From an uncultured archaeon (GTDB lineage Archaea; Iainarchaeota; Iainarchaeia; Iainarchaeales; 0-14-0-20-30-16), in NCBI GenBank assembly GCA_964595665.1, contig CAZQQS010000002.1, positions 21,075 to 53,074 on the forward strand: 32,000 bases of DNA. The letters are read 5' to 3'. Position 1 is the first letter of the stretch. Each line of letters opens with the position of its first letter. The notes under the pieces are model-generated. The model made no database searches. It saw only the letters and a program-made list of their open reading frames with translations, and was not told where the DNA came from. Positions 15,810 to 24,405 of the stretch are shown in pieces. The translations under genes were made by a program, and so were the position numbers.

Positions 15810-18097
15810 TATAAGCCACCCAATAATAATGATGAACCTGCAGATGCTAAAACAAATACAATAATTGCAACAGGAACCATATATGCTAAATTTTTCTTAA
15901 ATTCTAAATTACTATCTGACTGAACTCGCGTAATAAAATATACTAATCCTATAACAACTAAAGTTAAATTTATAATCAAAATAATATTGAATTGTAAAGG
16001 TGTTGCAATACTTCCTATAGCATTTGGATCTAAAGAGCCCATCATTTGACTTACATCCATACCACCCATGCCAGTATCAGCTAATAAACTTGAATCGGTA
16101 CTATTTTGAGATATCCCACTAGAACCCAAATTACTCAAAGTTAAGATTACAACTTTTTGAATTCCAGAAACCATTCCTAAAACAGCTGGCGCAATCATTG
16201 ATGCCATTGTAGACATCATTTGTCTTACATCATCTGTTAATTTTTGAACAGTAATTCTAATATCTTCAATATTTTTTAATTGCAAAGAAATCGATAAAAT
16301 TGTTTTTGCAACTGTACCAACTCCCAATTCAGAGGAATCAGAAATTATTTTCATATTATTTTTAATTAATTCAGATGGATTATTTTTCAAAGAACCAAAC
16401 ATAGGATCAAATAAAGCTTGTTCTAAAGGCATTCCTAATAAATTAATATTATCTAAAGTTTTTGCTAAAAAATCTTGACTTATAACTAACTCTGGAAAAA
16501 ATGATTTTGTTTCTTTAATTGCAGTTTCCATTGGTTTACCTTCCGATAACCTAGAAGCCAAAATAAATAATACTTCTCTAAAATTCTTTTCCATATCCAT
16601 ATAATAATCTTGAACTTTCTTTTTATCTTTTGAAGTTAAATATGCAAATAATGCAACTAATATTGCTACCAAAACTGCAAAACCATACAAGAAAATATAT
16701 GGGGTAGTATCATGTCCAGGACTTAACGAATACAACATTTTTTGGGTTTTAAAAACATCCTCATATTCTTTAGACCCTTTTGTTATTTTTGAATTAGATG
16801 TTAAAATATAATTCTCTGCCAACATATCAAAATAAGATTCTGGATTATCAATATAATTTTGAGGTAACTGATCTACATCTCGCATTACTTTTTCTAAAGT
16901 TACTCCAAATAATGTTTGTGCAAAATATAAAACTACAATTCCAAAAATAAAAATAAAACCTAAAAATACAAAAATATTTAATTCAAATTTTCCTAATTTA
17001 ATATTATTTTTTTTTGGCAATCCTTTATAATCATCTGGAATTACTGGCGCCTTATATAACAATGGAACTTTTCTTGAAATTTTCTTACCATACATAAAAA
17101 CAAATAATGGAATTGCAACACAATATATTGCTGCTAAAATCCAAGGATTTGAAAATGGCAAAGATGCAAATACAGAACCAATAGGCAAAATAATTACTAA
17201 TAATAATGGTAATAAAACACCAATATAAAATAATACTAAAGATGGTTGTGACAAACCTCGCGCGTAAGTTTCCATTTTTAATTTTATAGAATCTAATAAA
17301 TTTTCTGTAGTTTTATCTAATAATTCAGTTCTTCTTGCTTCATTATCTTCAACCATTGCACTCTTAATCATCATTATTGCTTCTTTGAAATCTTTACTAT
17401 ATTTTTCCCATCTGTAAGATAAAAAATCTAAGCCTTCAGATATGCTTGAATAAACACCCAAATTGGTATCCCAAACTAATTTTTTCATTTCATCTGCTAA
17501 GTGTCCTTCACCTTGTTCACTTGCAAATAATATAGCTCGCTCTAAATTGGGAACCAATTTCAAATACATTGTTAAATATCCAACCATTGCTGGCAAATAT
17601 GCTAAAGCTAAACGCTTTTCTTCTTCTGCTTTTACTAAAGGATAATTCATTACATAATAACTTAAATATCCAGAAACTGAAAATCCTAAAATCAATGGAA
17701 TTATTAAAAAATATGCTGGCGAAATTGAAAATGCAGACATATTATTATACAAAATAAATGCAATTGCAAACAAAAGCATTGAAACAATTAAACTTATCCC
17801 AAAAGTAAATACAAAAGTAGTTACTACAAAAGCATCATATTCTTCTGGTTTTAATTTCCAACCTAAAAATAAAACAGCATCCTTAACTTTTTTATGCACA
17901 TTAATTTTAGAAAAATTTGGAAATTTTTTATATGCACTTTTTGCCCAAGCAACATATTTAGGATCTTGCACTTGAACTGATTTAGTTTCAACATTTTCTT
18001 TTCCCGAATCACTTTTAATTCGACTATAGAACGCACCCAAGTTTACATTTGGATTTTGGTTTTCTACTTTTCTATTTTCTAAAGTTAATTCAGGCAT
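15809..18097 (-). CDS. Type IV pilus/archaellum-type membrane platform protein (PilC/TadC/FlaJ-like, two T2SS-F-like repeats).
   Basis: The 762-aa polytopic membrane protein lies directly downstream of the secretion ATPase. Two cytoplasmic helical segments are each flanked by TM helices (ERAILFASEQGEGHLADEMKKLVWDTNLG... and PMETAIKETKSFFPELVISQDFLAKTLDNINLLGMPLEQAL), as in FlaJ/TadC. Confidence 0.7.
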   Translation of the reverse strand: MPELTLENRKVENQNPNVNLGAFYSRIKSDSGKENVETKSVQVQDPKYVAWAKSAYKKFPNFSKINVHKKVKDAVLFLGWKLKPEEYDAFVVTTFVFTFGISLIVSMLLFAIAFILYNNMSAFSISPAYFLIIPLILGFSVSGYLSYYVMNYPLVKAEEEKRLALAYLPAMVGYLTMYLKLVPNLERAILFASEQGEGHLADEMKKLVWDTNLGVYSSISEGLDFLSYRWEKYSKDFKEAIMMIKSAMVEDNEARRTELLDKTTENLLDSIKLKMETYARGLSQPSLVLFYIGVLLPLLLVIILPIGSVFASLPFSNPWILAAIYCVAIPLFVFMYGKKISRKVPLLYKAPVIPDDYKGLPKKNNIKLGKFELNIFVFLGFIFIFGIVVLYFAQTLFGVTLEKVMRDVDQLPQNYIDNPESYFDMLAENYILTSNSKITKGSKEYEDVFKTQKMLYSLSPGHDTTPYIFLYGFAVLVAILVALFAYLTSKDKKKVQDYYMDMEKNFREVLFILASRLSEGKPMETAIKETKSFFPELVISQDFLAKTLDNINLLGMPLEQALFDPMFGSLKNNPSELIKNNMKIISDSSELGVGTVAKTILSISLQLKNIEDIRITVQKLTDDVRQMMSTMASMIAPAVLGMVSGIQKVVILTLSNLGSSGISQNSTDSSLLADTGMGGMDVSQMMGSLDPNAIGSIATPLQFNIILIINLTLVVIGLVYFITRVQSDSNLEFKKNLAYMVPVAIIVFVLASAGSSLLLGGL

Positions 18098-18130
18098 ATA
18101 ATTTCACTCAATATTTTTTATAATTTAAAT

Positions 18131-20419
18131 TTACTTTTTACCATATTTGTTTTTAATGTAACTTAAGAACTCTCCATTTACCCAAGTTTTCCAGTTTTCC
18201 ATAACTTCAGTATAGTTTGCTTTTCCATGTTCTTCTATACTTGCTTCTTTTAATAATTTTAATTTGTTACTTGCTAATAATGTATTCTCCGCTTCCAACA
18301 TATCTGGAATTCCAATTTTATTTTTTGTATCTACCAAATATTGTTTTGATTCTGAAAGCATAGAAATATTTTTCCAAATTTGATCCATATTCATTCCAGA
18401 AACTCTCTGAATTTTATTAAACAAATCTGAATCTTTCAAATTATCTTCCATCAAATCTAATCTATCATATTTTGCAGAATATTGCATTAAATCTAATAAG
18501 CCCCCTTCATTTTGTGGATCGCTTATCCAATGCTTTTTTACTTCTGTAATTTCAGTTAATCTTCTTACTCTTTTTAATGAACCTTCAAATCTAATTGGTC
18601 GAGAAACAGTAATAATATCTGTTGCTTTAAACGAAGTTGTTGGAACATCTAAATCATTTACAACTCTATCCCAAACCGAATACGCAGAATCTCCGTGAAT
18701 TGTACCCATTACAACATTTCCAGCAGCACCAACTCGCATAGCTTCATACAAAACTTTAGCTTCTAAACTTCTTACTTCTCCAACAATAATACTCGAATCT
18801 CCTAATCTTAACCCAACTCGCAAAGCTTCGTCTGGAGGAACTTCAATTCCTGTTTTTGAAACACTTATAGCTGATTGAGTTTTTAATCTTTGAATATTAA
18901 ATCCAATATTTTTCATATATGTTCCTGGCAATTCTAAAGTATCTTCTTGACACAAAATTCTTGTACTTTGTGGAATCTCCAACATTAAAGCAGTCATCAA
19001 AGAAGTCTTACCAGAACCTCTTGAACCCGCAACCATAATTGTAGATTGCATATCTACAAAAAAAGATAACATACCCGCACTCAAAGAATTTATACCTTTT
19101 ACATCAATTAACTGAGGCAAAGTCCAAGGAGTATTCTTATGCAATCTAAATGCAAAAGCTAAACCATCAGGACTTAAAGGCGGCCCAATTACTGCAACTC
19201 TTGTATCAAAATCAGGTAAATCATAATCTAAAACTGGATGTGCTTCATCAAAAGGTCTTCCAGATTCAGATCTTAATTTTGATACAACACTTTTTGCCTC
19301 ATCAACCGAATACAATATATTTGTTTTACATTCTCCAAATTTACTATGAATTAATTTTATTGGTTTATTTCCAATTGGCGCATCAACATAAATATCTGTA
19401 ATTGTTCTATCTTCTAAAAGTAATTCTAAAATACCATAACCCACAGTATATCGCGTAACAATTTCTGTTAATGCTTCTTGATCTTGCAAACTTAATGGAA
19501 TTTTATATGCTTTTGCAACCCCTTTAATTGTTGATAAAAAAACTCTTTTAAAATATTCTTTTGTATTTGCCCCAATACTTGAAGATGAACTTGCAGGTCT
19601 ATATTCTGCAACAATTTCTTTTGTTTTTGAAATTATAAAATATTTTTCAGGGGTCAAAGTATATTCTGGTGGATCAATTAAATACCAATATTCTACTTGA
19701 TCTGGATGTTTAAAAATTTGAACATTTGTATCTTTTACAGTATATTCATCTACTAATTGTAAACCAGCAGTTTCTCCAAATAATAATCTCGAACCTATAA
19801 ATGAAGGTTTAATTTCTGCATTAAAAATAGATCTATATAATGGTCCAGTTTCTGGAATTTGATTTAAATCTTTTAAATAATTTTTTGTTTCATCAATTAT
19901 TTTTGTAGTTTCCAATTTCTTAAACAAATAAATTAATGTTTCTAAATATGGTATGGCACCTTTTTGATATGCTTCAGGCATTTTAGCCATTCTCATTTTT
20001 TCTTTATTTACTTCATCAAAAATAGTTAAATAGGCTAAAATTGGATCATATGCTAATAACTCGTGAGAAACTTTTACTAATAATGAATGTCTTGATGCCG
20101 TATATTGTTCATTAGATTCTTGACCATCACTTAAATGTTCTGGGCCCCAAACACCTTGTTGTTCAAACTCAATTAATAAATTAGATATTTCTGTTAACTT
20201 TAATGTTTGTTTCTCATCATAAACTCTTTCATAAACATCTGCCAAAACGATTAGGTCGGGTTTTTCTTTAGATGCAACACTACAAACATGCAATCTACAA
20301 GCTTTATCATCTGCCAAACTCGCAGAATAAACACAATTTTTACAATTAAAAACCAGATTTTTCTTATCATTTAGAGTTTTTAATAAATGATCTCCTACTC
20401 TATACCCACCAATAATCAT
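18131..20419 (-). CDS. Type II/IV secretion-family ATPase (PilB/FlaI/VirB11-like), long form with N- and C-terminal extensions.
   Basis: It has Walker A (VAGSRGSGKTS, Lys 471), a Walker B/Asp-box region (GDSSIIVGEVRSLEA) and a His box (VVMGTIHGDSA), with ITDIYVD upstream as in FlaI. GGTGAT lies 3 nt upstream of the ATG. Confidence 0.85.
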   Translation of the reverse strand: MIIGGYRVGDHLLKTLNDKKNLVFNCKNCVYSASLADDKACRLHVCSVASKEKPDLIVLADVYERVYDEKQTLKLTEISNLLIEFEQQGVWGPEHLSDGQESNEQYTASRHSLLVKVSHELLAYDPILAYLTIFDEVNKEKMRMAKMPEAYQKGAIPYLETLIYLFKKLETTKIIDETKNYLKDLNQIPETGPLYRSIFNAEIKPSFIGSRLLFGETAGLQLVDEYTVKDTNVQIFKHPDQVEYWYLIDPPEYTLTPEKYFIISKTKEIVAEYRPASSSSSIGANTKEYFKRVFLSTIKGVAKAYKIPLSLQDQEALTEIVTRYTVGYGILELLLEDRTITDIYVDAPIGNKPIKLIHSKFGECKTNILYSVDEAKSVVSKLRSESGRPFDEAHPVLDYDLPDFDTRVAVIGPPLSPDGLAFAFRLHKNTPWTLPQLIDVKGINSLSAGMLSFFVDMQSTIMVAGSRGSGKTSLMTALMLEIPQSTRILCQEDTLELPGTYMKNIGFNIQRLKTQSAISVSKTGIEVPPDEALRVGLRLGDSSIIVGEVRSLEAKVLYEAMRVGAAGNVVMGTIHGDSAYSVWDRVVNDLDVPTTSFKATDIITVSRPIRFEGSLKRVRRLTEITEVKKHWISDPQNEGGLLDLMQYSAKYDRLDLMEDNLKDSDLFNKIQRVSGMNMDQIWKNISMLSESKQYLVDTKNKIGIPDMLEAENTLLASNKLKLLKEASIEEHGKANYTEVMENWKTWVNGEFLSYIKNKYGKK

Positions 20420-20454
20420 TTTATCACCAAAACATTATATATAAATTATTATCC

Positions 20455-20465
20455 TTTTTAAATAT
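20455..20465 (-). promoter_or_regulatory. Candidate TATA box for the pilus-ATPase operon.
   Basis: The minus-strand sequence atatttaaaaa lies about 36-46 nt upstream of the ATG at 20419. That position fits an archaeal TATA at about -26 and a short SD-containing leader. A second TATA-like tttatatata lies closer to the ATG, so the assignment is ambiguous. Confidence 0.25.
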
Positions 20466-20641
20466 ATCTTATATATTAAGCAAAAATCGATACATATATT
20501 TAAAAGGCATTCCCACCAAATTTATATTATAAGATTAATTTTGCCGAAGGCTTTTTCTTTTGAAATTGTTAAAAACTTTGCTTATGAAAAGAAAAGTTGT
20601 TAACGCTTTTGGTGAACTTAAGCTTTTTTAAAAAGCTTAGA

Positions 20642-20713
20642 GGGGTTATCGTATAGTGGCTAGTATTACGGTCTCCAAAACCGTTAACCAGGGTTCGAGT
20701 CCCTGTGACCCCA
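20642..20713 (+). tRNA. tRNA-Trp (anticodon CCA), 72 nt, no intron and no encoded 3' CCA.
   Basis: I folded it by hand. The acceptor stem is ggggtta/tgacccc (one G-U pair) and the D stem is gtat/gtat (two wobble pairs) with a GG-containing loop. The anticodon stem is acggt/accgt with loop cuCCAaa. The T arm is caggg-ttcgagt-ccctg and the discriminator is A. An oligo-T run follows. Confidence 0.9.
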
Positions 20714-20744
20714 CTTTTTAAAAAATTATATTTGTGGTGATTAA

Positions 20745-21431
20745 ATGACAACTAAAAATGAAGTTAAAAATGTAAAAGAAACAAAAGAATCTAAAATAGA
20801 AAAAGAAAAACTAAAAAATATTTATTTAATAGAATATTATATCAAAGATTTGAATAGTAATAAGATAATCGAAACTAACTTAGAAAAACACAAAAAAGAT
20901 AATGAAAATATAATCTTTTTAAATGCTAAAAAACCTATATTTGAGAGTATGGGAAACATATTCCCCAAAGTAGAAGAATTTATTTATTCTGCAAAAGACA
21001 ATGAAGAAAAAACATTTAAATTAGATGCTAAAGATGCTTATGGTGTGAGAGAAAAAGATTTGTTAAGAATTGTTCCATTAAGCAATTTTAAAGAAAATAA
21101 AATTAATCCTTTTATAGGATTAGCAATACAAAGTGAAGATATGTATGGAGTAGTAAAAAGTATTTCTGGTGGGCGAGTTCTAGTTGATTTTAATTCCCCT
21201 CACGCTGATAAAAATGTAGAAGTATATGTTAAAAAATTAAATGCATTAAACGACTTGGAAAAAATTAAACAAATTTTAGATACTTTCTTTAAGAAAATTA
21301 ATGCAACATTTAAAAGTTTTGATAATGGAATAATTGAAATCAAATTGGTAACTGAAAATCAAGAAGTTTACAAACAATTAATTGAAGGTTTCTTAAAACA
21401 ATTTGTTGATTTTAAAGAATTAAAGCTATAA
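20745..21431 (+). CDS. FKBP-type peptidyl-prolyl cis-trans isomerase (archaeal SlyD/long-FKBP type with an insert-in-flap domain).
   Basis: AKDAYGVREKDLLRIVPLSNFKENKINPFIGL...VVKSISGGRVLVDFNSPHADKNVEVYVKKL parallels archaeal FKBP (PEEAFG.RD....IPL..F......P..G......G.IVSI..GRVLVDFNH.LAGK.). GGTGAT lies 3 nt upstream. Confidence 0.75.
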   Translation: MTTKNEVKNVKETKESKIEKEKLKNIYLIEYYIKDLNSNKIIETNLEKHKKDNENIIFLNAKKPIFESMGNIFPKVEEFIYSAKDNEEKTFKLDAKDAYGVREKDLLRIVPLSNFKENKINPFIGLAIQSEDMYGVVKSISGGRVLVDFNSPHADKNVEVYVKKLNALNDLEKIKQILDTFFKKINATFKSFDNGIIEIKLVTENQEVYKQLIEGFLKQFVDFKELKL

Positions 21432-21471
21432 TAACAAATAGCTTTATTAACTCTTTTTTTCTTTTATTATT

Positions 21472-23241
21472 ATGCAATTTTCTGAATTTAGTGAGAAATT
21501 AAGTTTATTAGAAACTACAGAATCACGACTAAAGATTAGAGATTATATTTTTGAGCTATATTTAAGCTTAGATCCTAATGAAAGAAAATTCACAACTTAT
21601 TTATTACAAAGTCGAATTTTTCCAGCCTATGAAAATAAAGAATTAAATGTTGGACAAAGCATAATTGTTCAATCAATATCCAAAACTTTTGGGCACACAA
21701 TAAAAGAAATAGAAAAGCATCATTTAAGTTCTGGAGATTTAGGAAAAACAGCAGAATACTTTTCAGAAATAAGAAGTCAAAAATCTTTATTTTCAAAAAA
21801 AATATCTTTAAAAGAAGTTTACAACACTTTAAAACAATTAGTAGAAACTACTGGTAAAAATAGCACAGACATTAAAGTAAATTTAATTTCTTCTTTATAC
21901 AATAATGGTTCGCCATTAGAATCTAAATACATTACAAAAATTATTTTAAAAACTTTAAGATTAAACTTAGGAATACAAACAATTATTGAAGCGTGCGCAT
22001 TAAAAGTTATGAAAGATAAAGGATATAATTTGCATGATGAGAATATGCAAGAATATAAAAAAATTAAAGAAATTATAGATTTAAAACAAAGTATCTCTAA
22101 TGATTTGGGATTAGTTGTTTCTTTAATTTTTAATTCTAATTTAGATGCTTTAAATGAGATTAAAATAACTCCTGGCATTCCAATTAAAAGTGCGTTAGGT
22201 GAAAGAGAAAAAAGTCCAGAAGCAATAATTGATAGATTGGGTTATTGTATGGTAGAAGGAAAATATGATGGGTTTAGAACTCAATTACACAAATTAAATT
22301 CAAAAATAAATATGTACTCAAGAAGAGGAGAAGATTCTACAAATTACTTTCCAGAATTTTTGCCTATTTTAAAAAACATAAATCATGATTTTATTTTAGA
22401 TTGTGAAGCTATAGGTTATGATGTTGATTCAAAAAAATTCTTAAGTTTCCAAGAAACAATCAAAAGAAAAAGAAAATATGATATTAAAGAAATGTCTGAA
22501 AAAATCCCAGTAAAATTAATTGCATTTGACATATTATATTTAGATGGCAAAGAAACTTTACATTTGCCATTAGAGGAAAGAAGAAAAATATTAGAAAAAC
22601 TAATTGTAGAAATAAATAATTATAATATTCAAACAAGCATTGCAATTAAAACAGATAAACCAAAAGAATTAAAATCTTTTTTTGACAAATGCTTAGAATT
22701 AAGTTTAGAAGGAATTATGGCAAAGGATTTAAAAAAATCTTATGTTCCGGGATCGCGAGATTTTGGCTGGATAAAATTAAAAAAGAATTATTTGGATGGC
22801 CAGGCAGATAGTTTTGATGTTGTAATTGTAGGTTATTTTTATGGTCAAGGAAAAAATAAAAATATGCCTTCTAGTTTACTATGTGCAGTATATGATGAAG
22901 AATTAAATGAATATAATGTTATTGCTAAGGTTGGTTCGGGTTTAACTGAAGATCAAATGAAACTATTTAAAGAAGAATTTGAGAAAATAAAAATTAATAA
23001 ACCTGAAAATGTAAATACAAATTTAGTTGCTGACATATATGTTGAACCTAAATTCGTAATTGAAATTATTTGTGATGAAATAACTAAAAGTCCATTGTAC
23101 AAATCTACAAAAGGATATTCATTTAGATTTCCAAGATTTATAAAAATAAGAGAAGATAAATCTCCACAAGATACTACAAACATCATTGAAATTGAAGAGA
23201 TGTATTTCTTACAGCATAAGAATCAAGCACCAATAAAATGA
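21472..23241 (+). CDS. lig: ATP-dependent DNA ligase (Lig1 type).
   Basis: Motif I is EGKYDGFRTQLH (KxDGxR). Further motifs are LDCEAIGYD, EGIMAKDL and WIKLKKNY. The 589-aa length, with an N-terminal DNA-binding domain, is typical of archaeal ligases. Confidence 0.9.
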   Translation: MQFSEFSEKLSLLETTESRLKIRDYIFELYLSLDPNERKFTTYLLQSRIFPAYENKELNVGQSIIVQSISKTFGHTIKEIEKHHLSSGDLGKTAEYFSEIRSQKSLFSKKISLKEVYNTLKQLVETTGKNSTDIKVNLISSLYNNGSPLESKYITKIILKTLRLNLGIQTIIEACALKVMKDKGYNLHDENMQEYKKIKEIIDLKQSISNDLGLVVSLIFNSNLDALNEIKITPGIPIKSALGEREKSPEAIIDRLGYCMVEGKYDGFRTQLHKLNSKINMYSRRGEDSTNYFPEFLPILKNINHDFILDCEAIGYDVDSKKFLSFQETIKRKRKYDIKEMSEKIPVKLIAFDILYLDGKETLHLPLEERRKILEKLIVEINNYNIQTSIAIKTDKPKELKSFFDKCLELSLEGIMAKDLKKSYVPGSRDFGWIKLKKNYLDGQADSFDVVIVGYFYGQGKNKNMPSSLLCAVYDEELNEYNVIAKVGSGLTEDQMKLFKEEFEKIKINKPENVNTNLVADIYVEPKFVIEIICDEITKSPLYKSTKGYSFRFPRFIKIREDKSPQDTTNIIEIEEMYFLQHKNQAPIK

Positions 23242-23250
23242 GTGAATAAA

Positions 23251-23631
23251 ATGATTGCACACGTTAAAAACACAATCCCAAAAGGAAGATATAAAAAATA
23301 TCATTTGACTCGCGCACTATCATTAACAGAAATAAAAAAATTGCCTTGTAAAACTTTTTCTTGCTCAAAAAGCACATTAAATAGATTCTCAAAAAAAGTA
23401 AAAATATTTTTAAAAGAAAATAATTATCACATAATAATAGAGAAACATTCTGGCAAACCATTATCTAATAATCCAAAAAATATTTTGAATGCAATAAAAT
23501 TACATAGGCAAGGAAAAAGTTTAAGAAATATAGAAAAGGAAACGGGAATTAAAAAAAGTTCAGTACATTATTTAATAAAGAAAGCAAAAAAAACAAAAAT
23601 AAAAAAAGGAAAAGTAATTATAACTATTTAA
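23251..23631 (+). CDS. Small helix-turn-helix protein (resolvase/IS-type HTH-like C-terminus).
   Basis: The C-terminal KLHRQGKSLRNIEKETGIKKSSVHYLIKKAK is a classic HTH (G.S.R.IA...G.S..TV.R). I prefer the ATG at 23251 because SD-like gagtgaat lies upstream, rather than the track's GTG at 23242. Confidence 0.5.
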   Translation: MIAHVKNTIPKGRYKKYHLTRALSLTEIKKLPCKTFSCSKSTLNRFSKKVKIFLKENNYHIIIEKHSGKPLSNNPKNILNAIKLHRQGKSLRNIEKETGIKKSSVHYLIKKAKKTKIKKGKVIITI

Positions 23632-24401
23632 ACTCTGGGCCTCATATTTCTTAATTTTAAAGCCTTTGCTTTATAATCTAATGCTCTTCTATTTTGAACT
23701 TTAATTCGTTCACTATGTAATCTATTTTCCCTTTGCATTTGATCATTTTTAGAAAGTAAGTCACCAAGCACAGAAGTCCCAAACTGATTAGATAACCTAG
23801 TTCTTTTATTTTCCATTCTCTGAAGCTTTTTATAAGTTTCTGGACTTAACAAATCACTTCTTAACCCATACTTTGAATATATCTCAAACAATCTATCTTC
23901 ATGCATAGGATAGATTTTTGCACCAATTTCATAAATTGTTGTTAATTCTTTTCTTAATTCTGGATTCTCTCGTTTCAAAAGTTCCCAATCTACTTCAGGC
24001 AAATGCACCCCATATAATAAAAACACTAACTCTCCTGGAGTTGTAAATGACAAACGACAAACAGATTTAATTTTTAAAGCTAAATCTTTATCAAAAACCT
24101 TATCATTAATTAATTCATTAATTGTAATATCTAACGCTCTATTAAATTCAGCAACTACGTTATCATCTGTTTTTAATTTTTGTTTTTCAACTAACATTTC
24201 ACTAATTAATTGTGGCTTTACAAAATATTGGTTATAGGCTCTATTTCCAATTATTTTTCCAAAGGTATAAAATCCAGGAGATGCTATTGCAAACAAACTT
24301 AAAAAATATATTAAAGTAACATTTTGTCTAACAAATGCTTTAATTCTCTCAAGTTTTGGATCATTTTTTAATAAAACATGATCTTCAATTTGTTTTTTCA
24401 T
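23628..24401 (-). CDS. Hypothetical membrane-anchored protein, apparently co-transcribed downstream of leuS.
   Basis: The 257-aa protein has one TM (LIYFLSLFAIASPGFYTF) and a basic C-terminus. It sits 4 nt after the leuS stop, with SD-like agagtgat 3 nt upstream of the ATG. I recognise no family. Confidence 0.55.
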   Translation of the reverse strand: MKKQIEDHVLLKNDPKLERIKAFVRQNVTLIYFLSLFAIASPGFYTFGKIIGNRAYNQYFVKPQLISEMLVEKQKLKTDDNVVAEFNRALDITINELINDKVFDKDLALKIKSVCRLSFTTPGELVFLLYGVHLPEVDWELLKRENPELRKELTTIYEIGAKIYPMHEDRLFEIYSKYGLRSDLLSPETYKKLQRMENKRTRLSNQFGTSVLGDLLSKNDQMQRENRLHSERIKVQNRRALDYKAKALKLRNMRPRV

Positions 24402-24405
24402 ATAA

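Noticed and set aside
15809-20419. The ATPase and the platform protein are both exactly 762 aa, which could hint at duplication or a design constraint.
   Set aside because: The sequences are unrelated: one is a soluble P-loop ATPase and the other a polytopic membrane protein. The equal length is coincidence.
20569-20751. A 60-aa minus-strand ORF spans the tRNA-Trp gene.
   Set aside because: It overlaps a well-folding tRNA on the opposite strand, and its translation is driven by the tRNA sequence. It is not credible as a gene.
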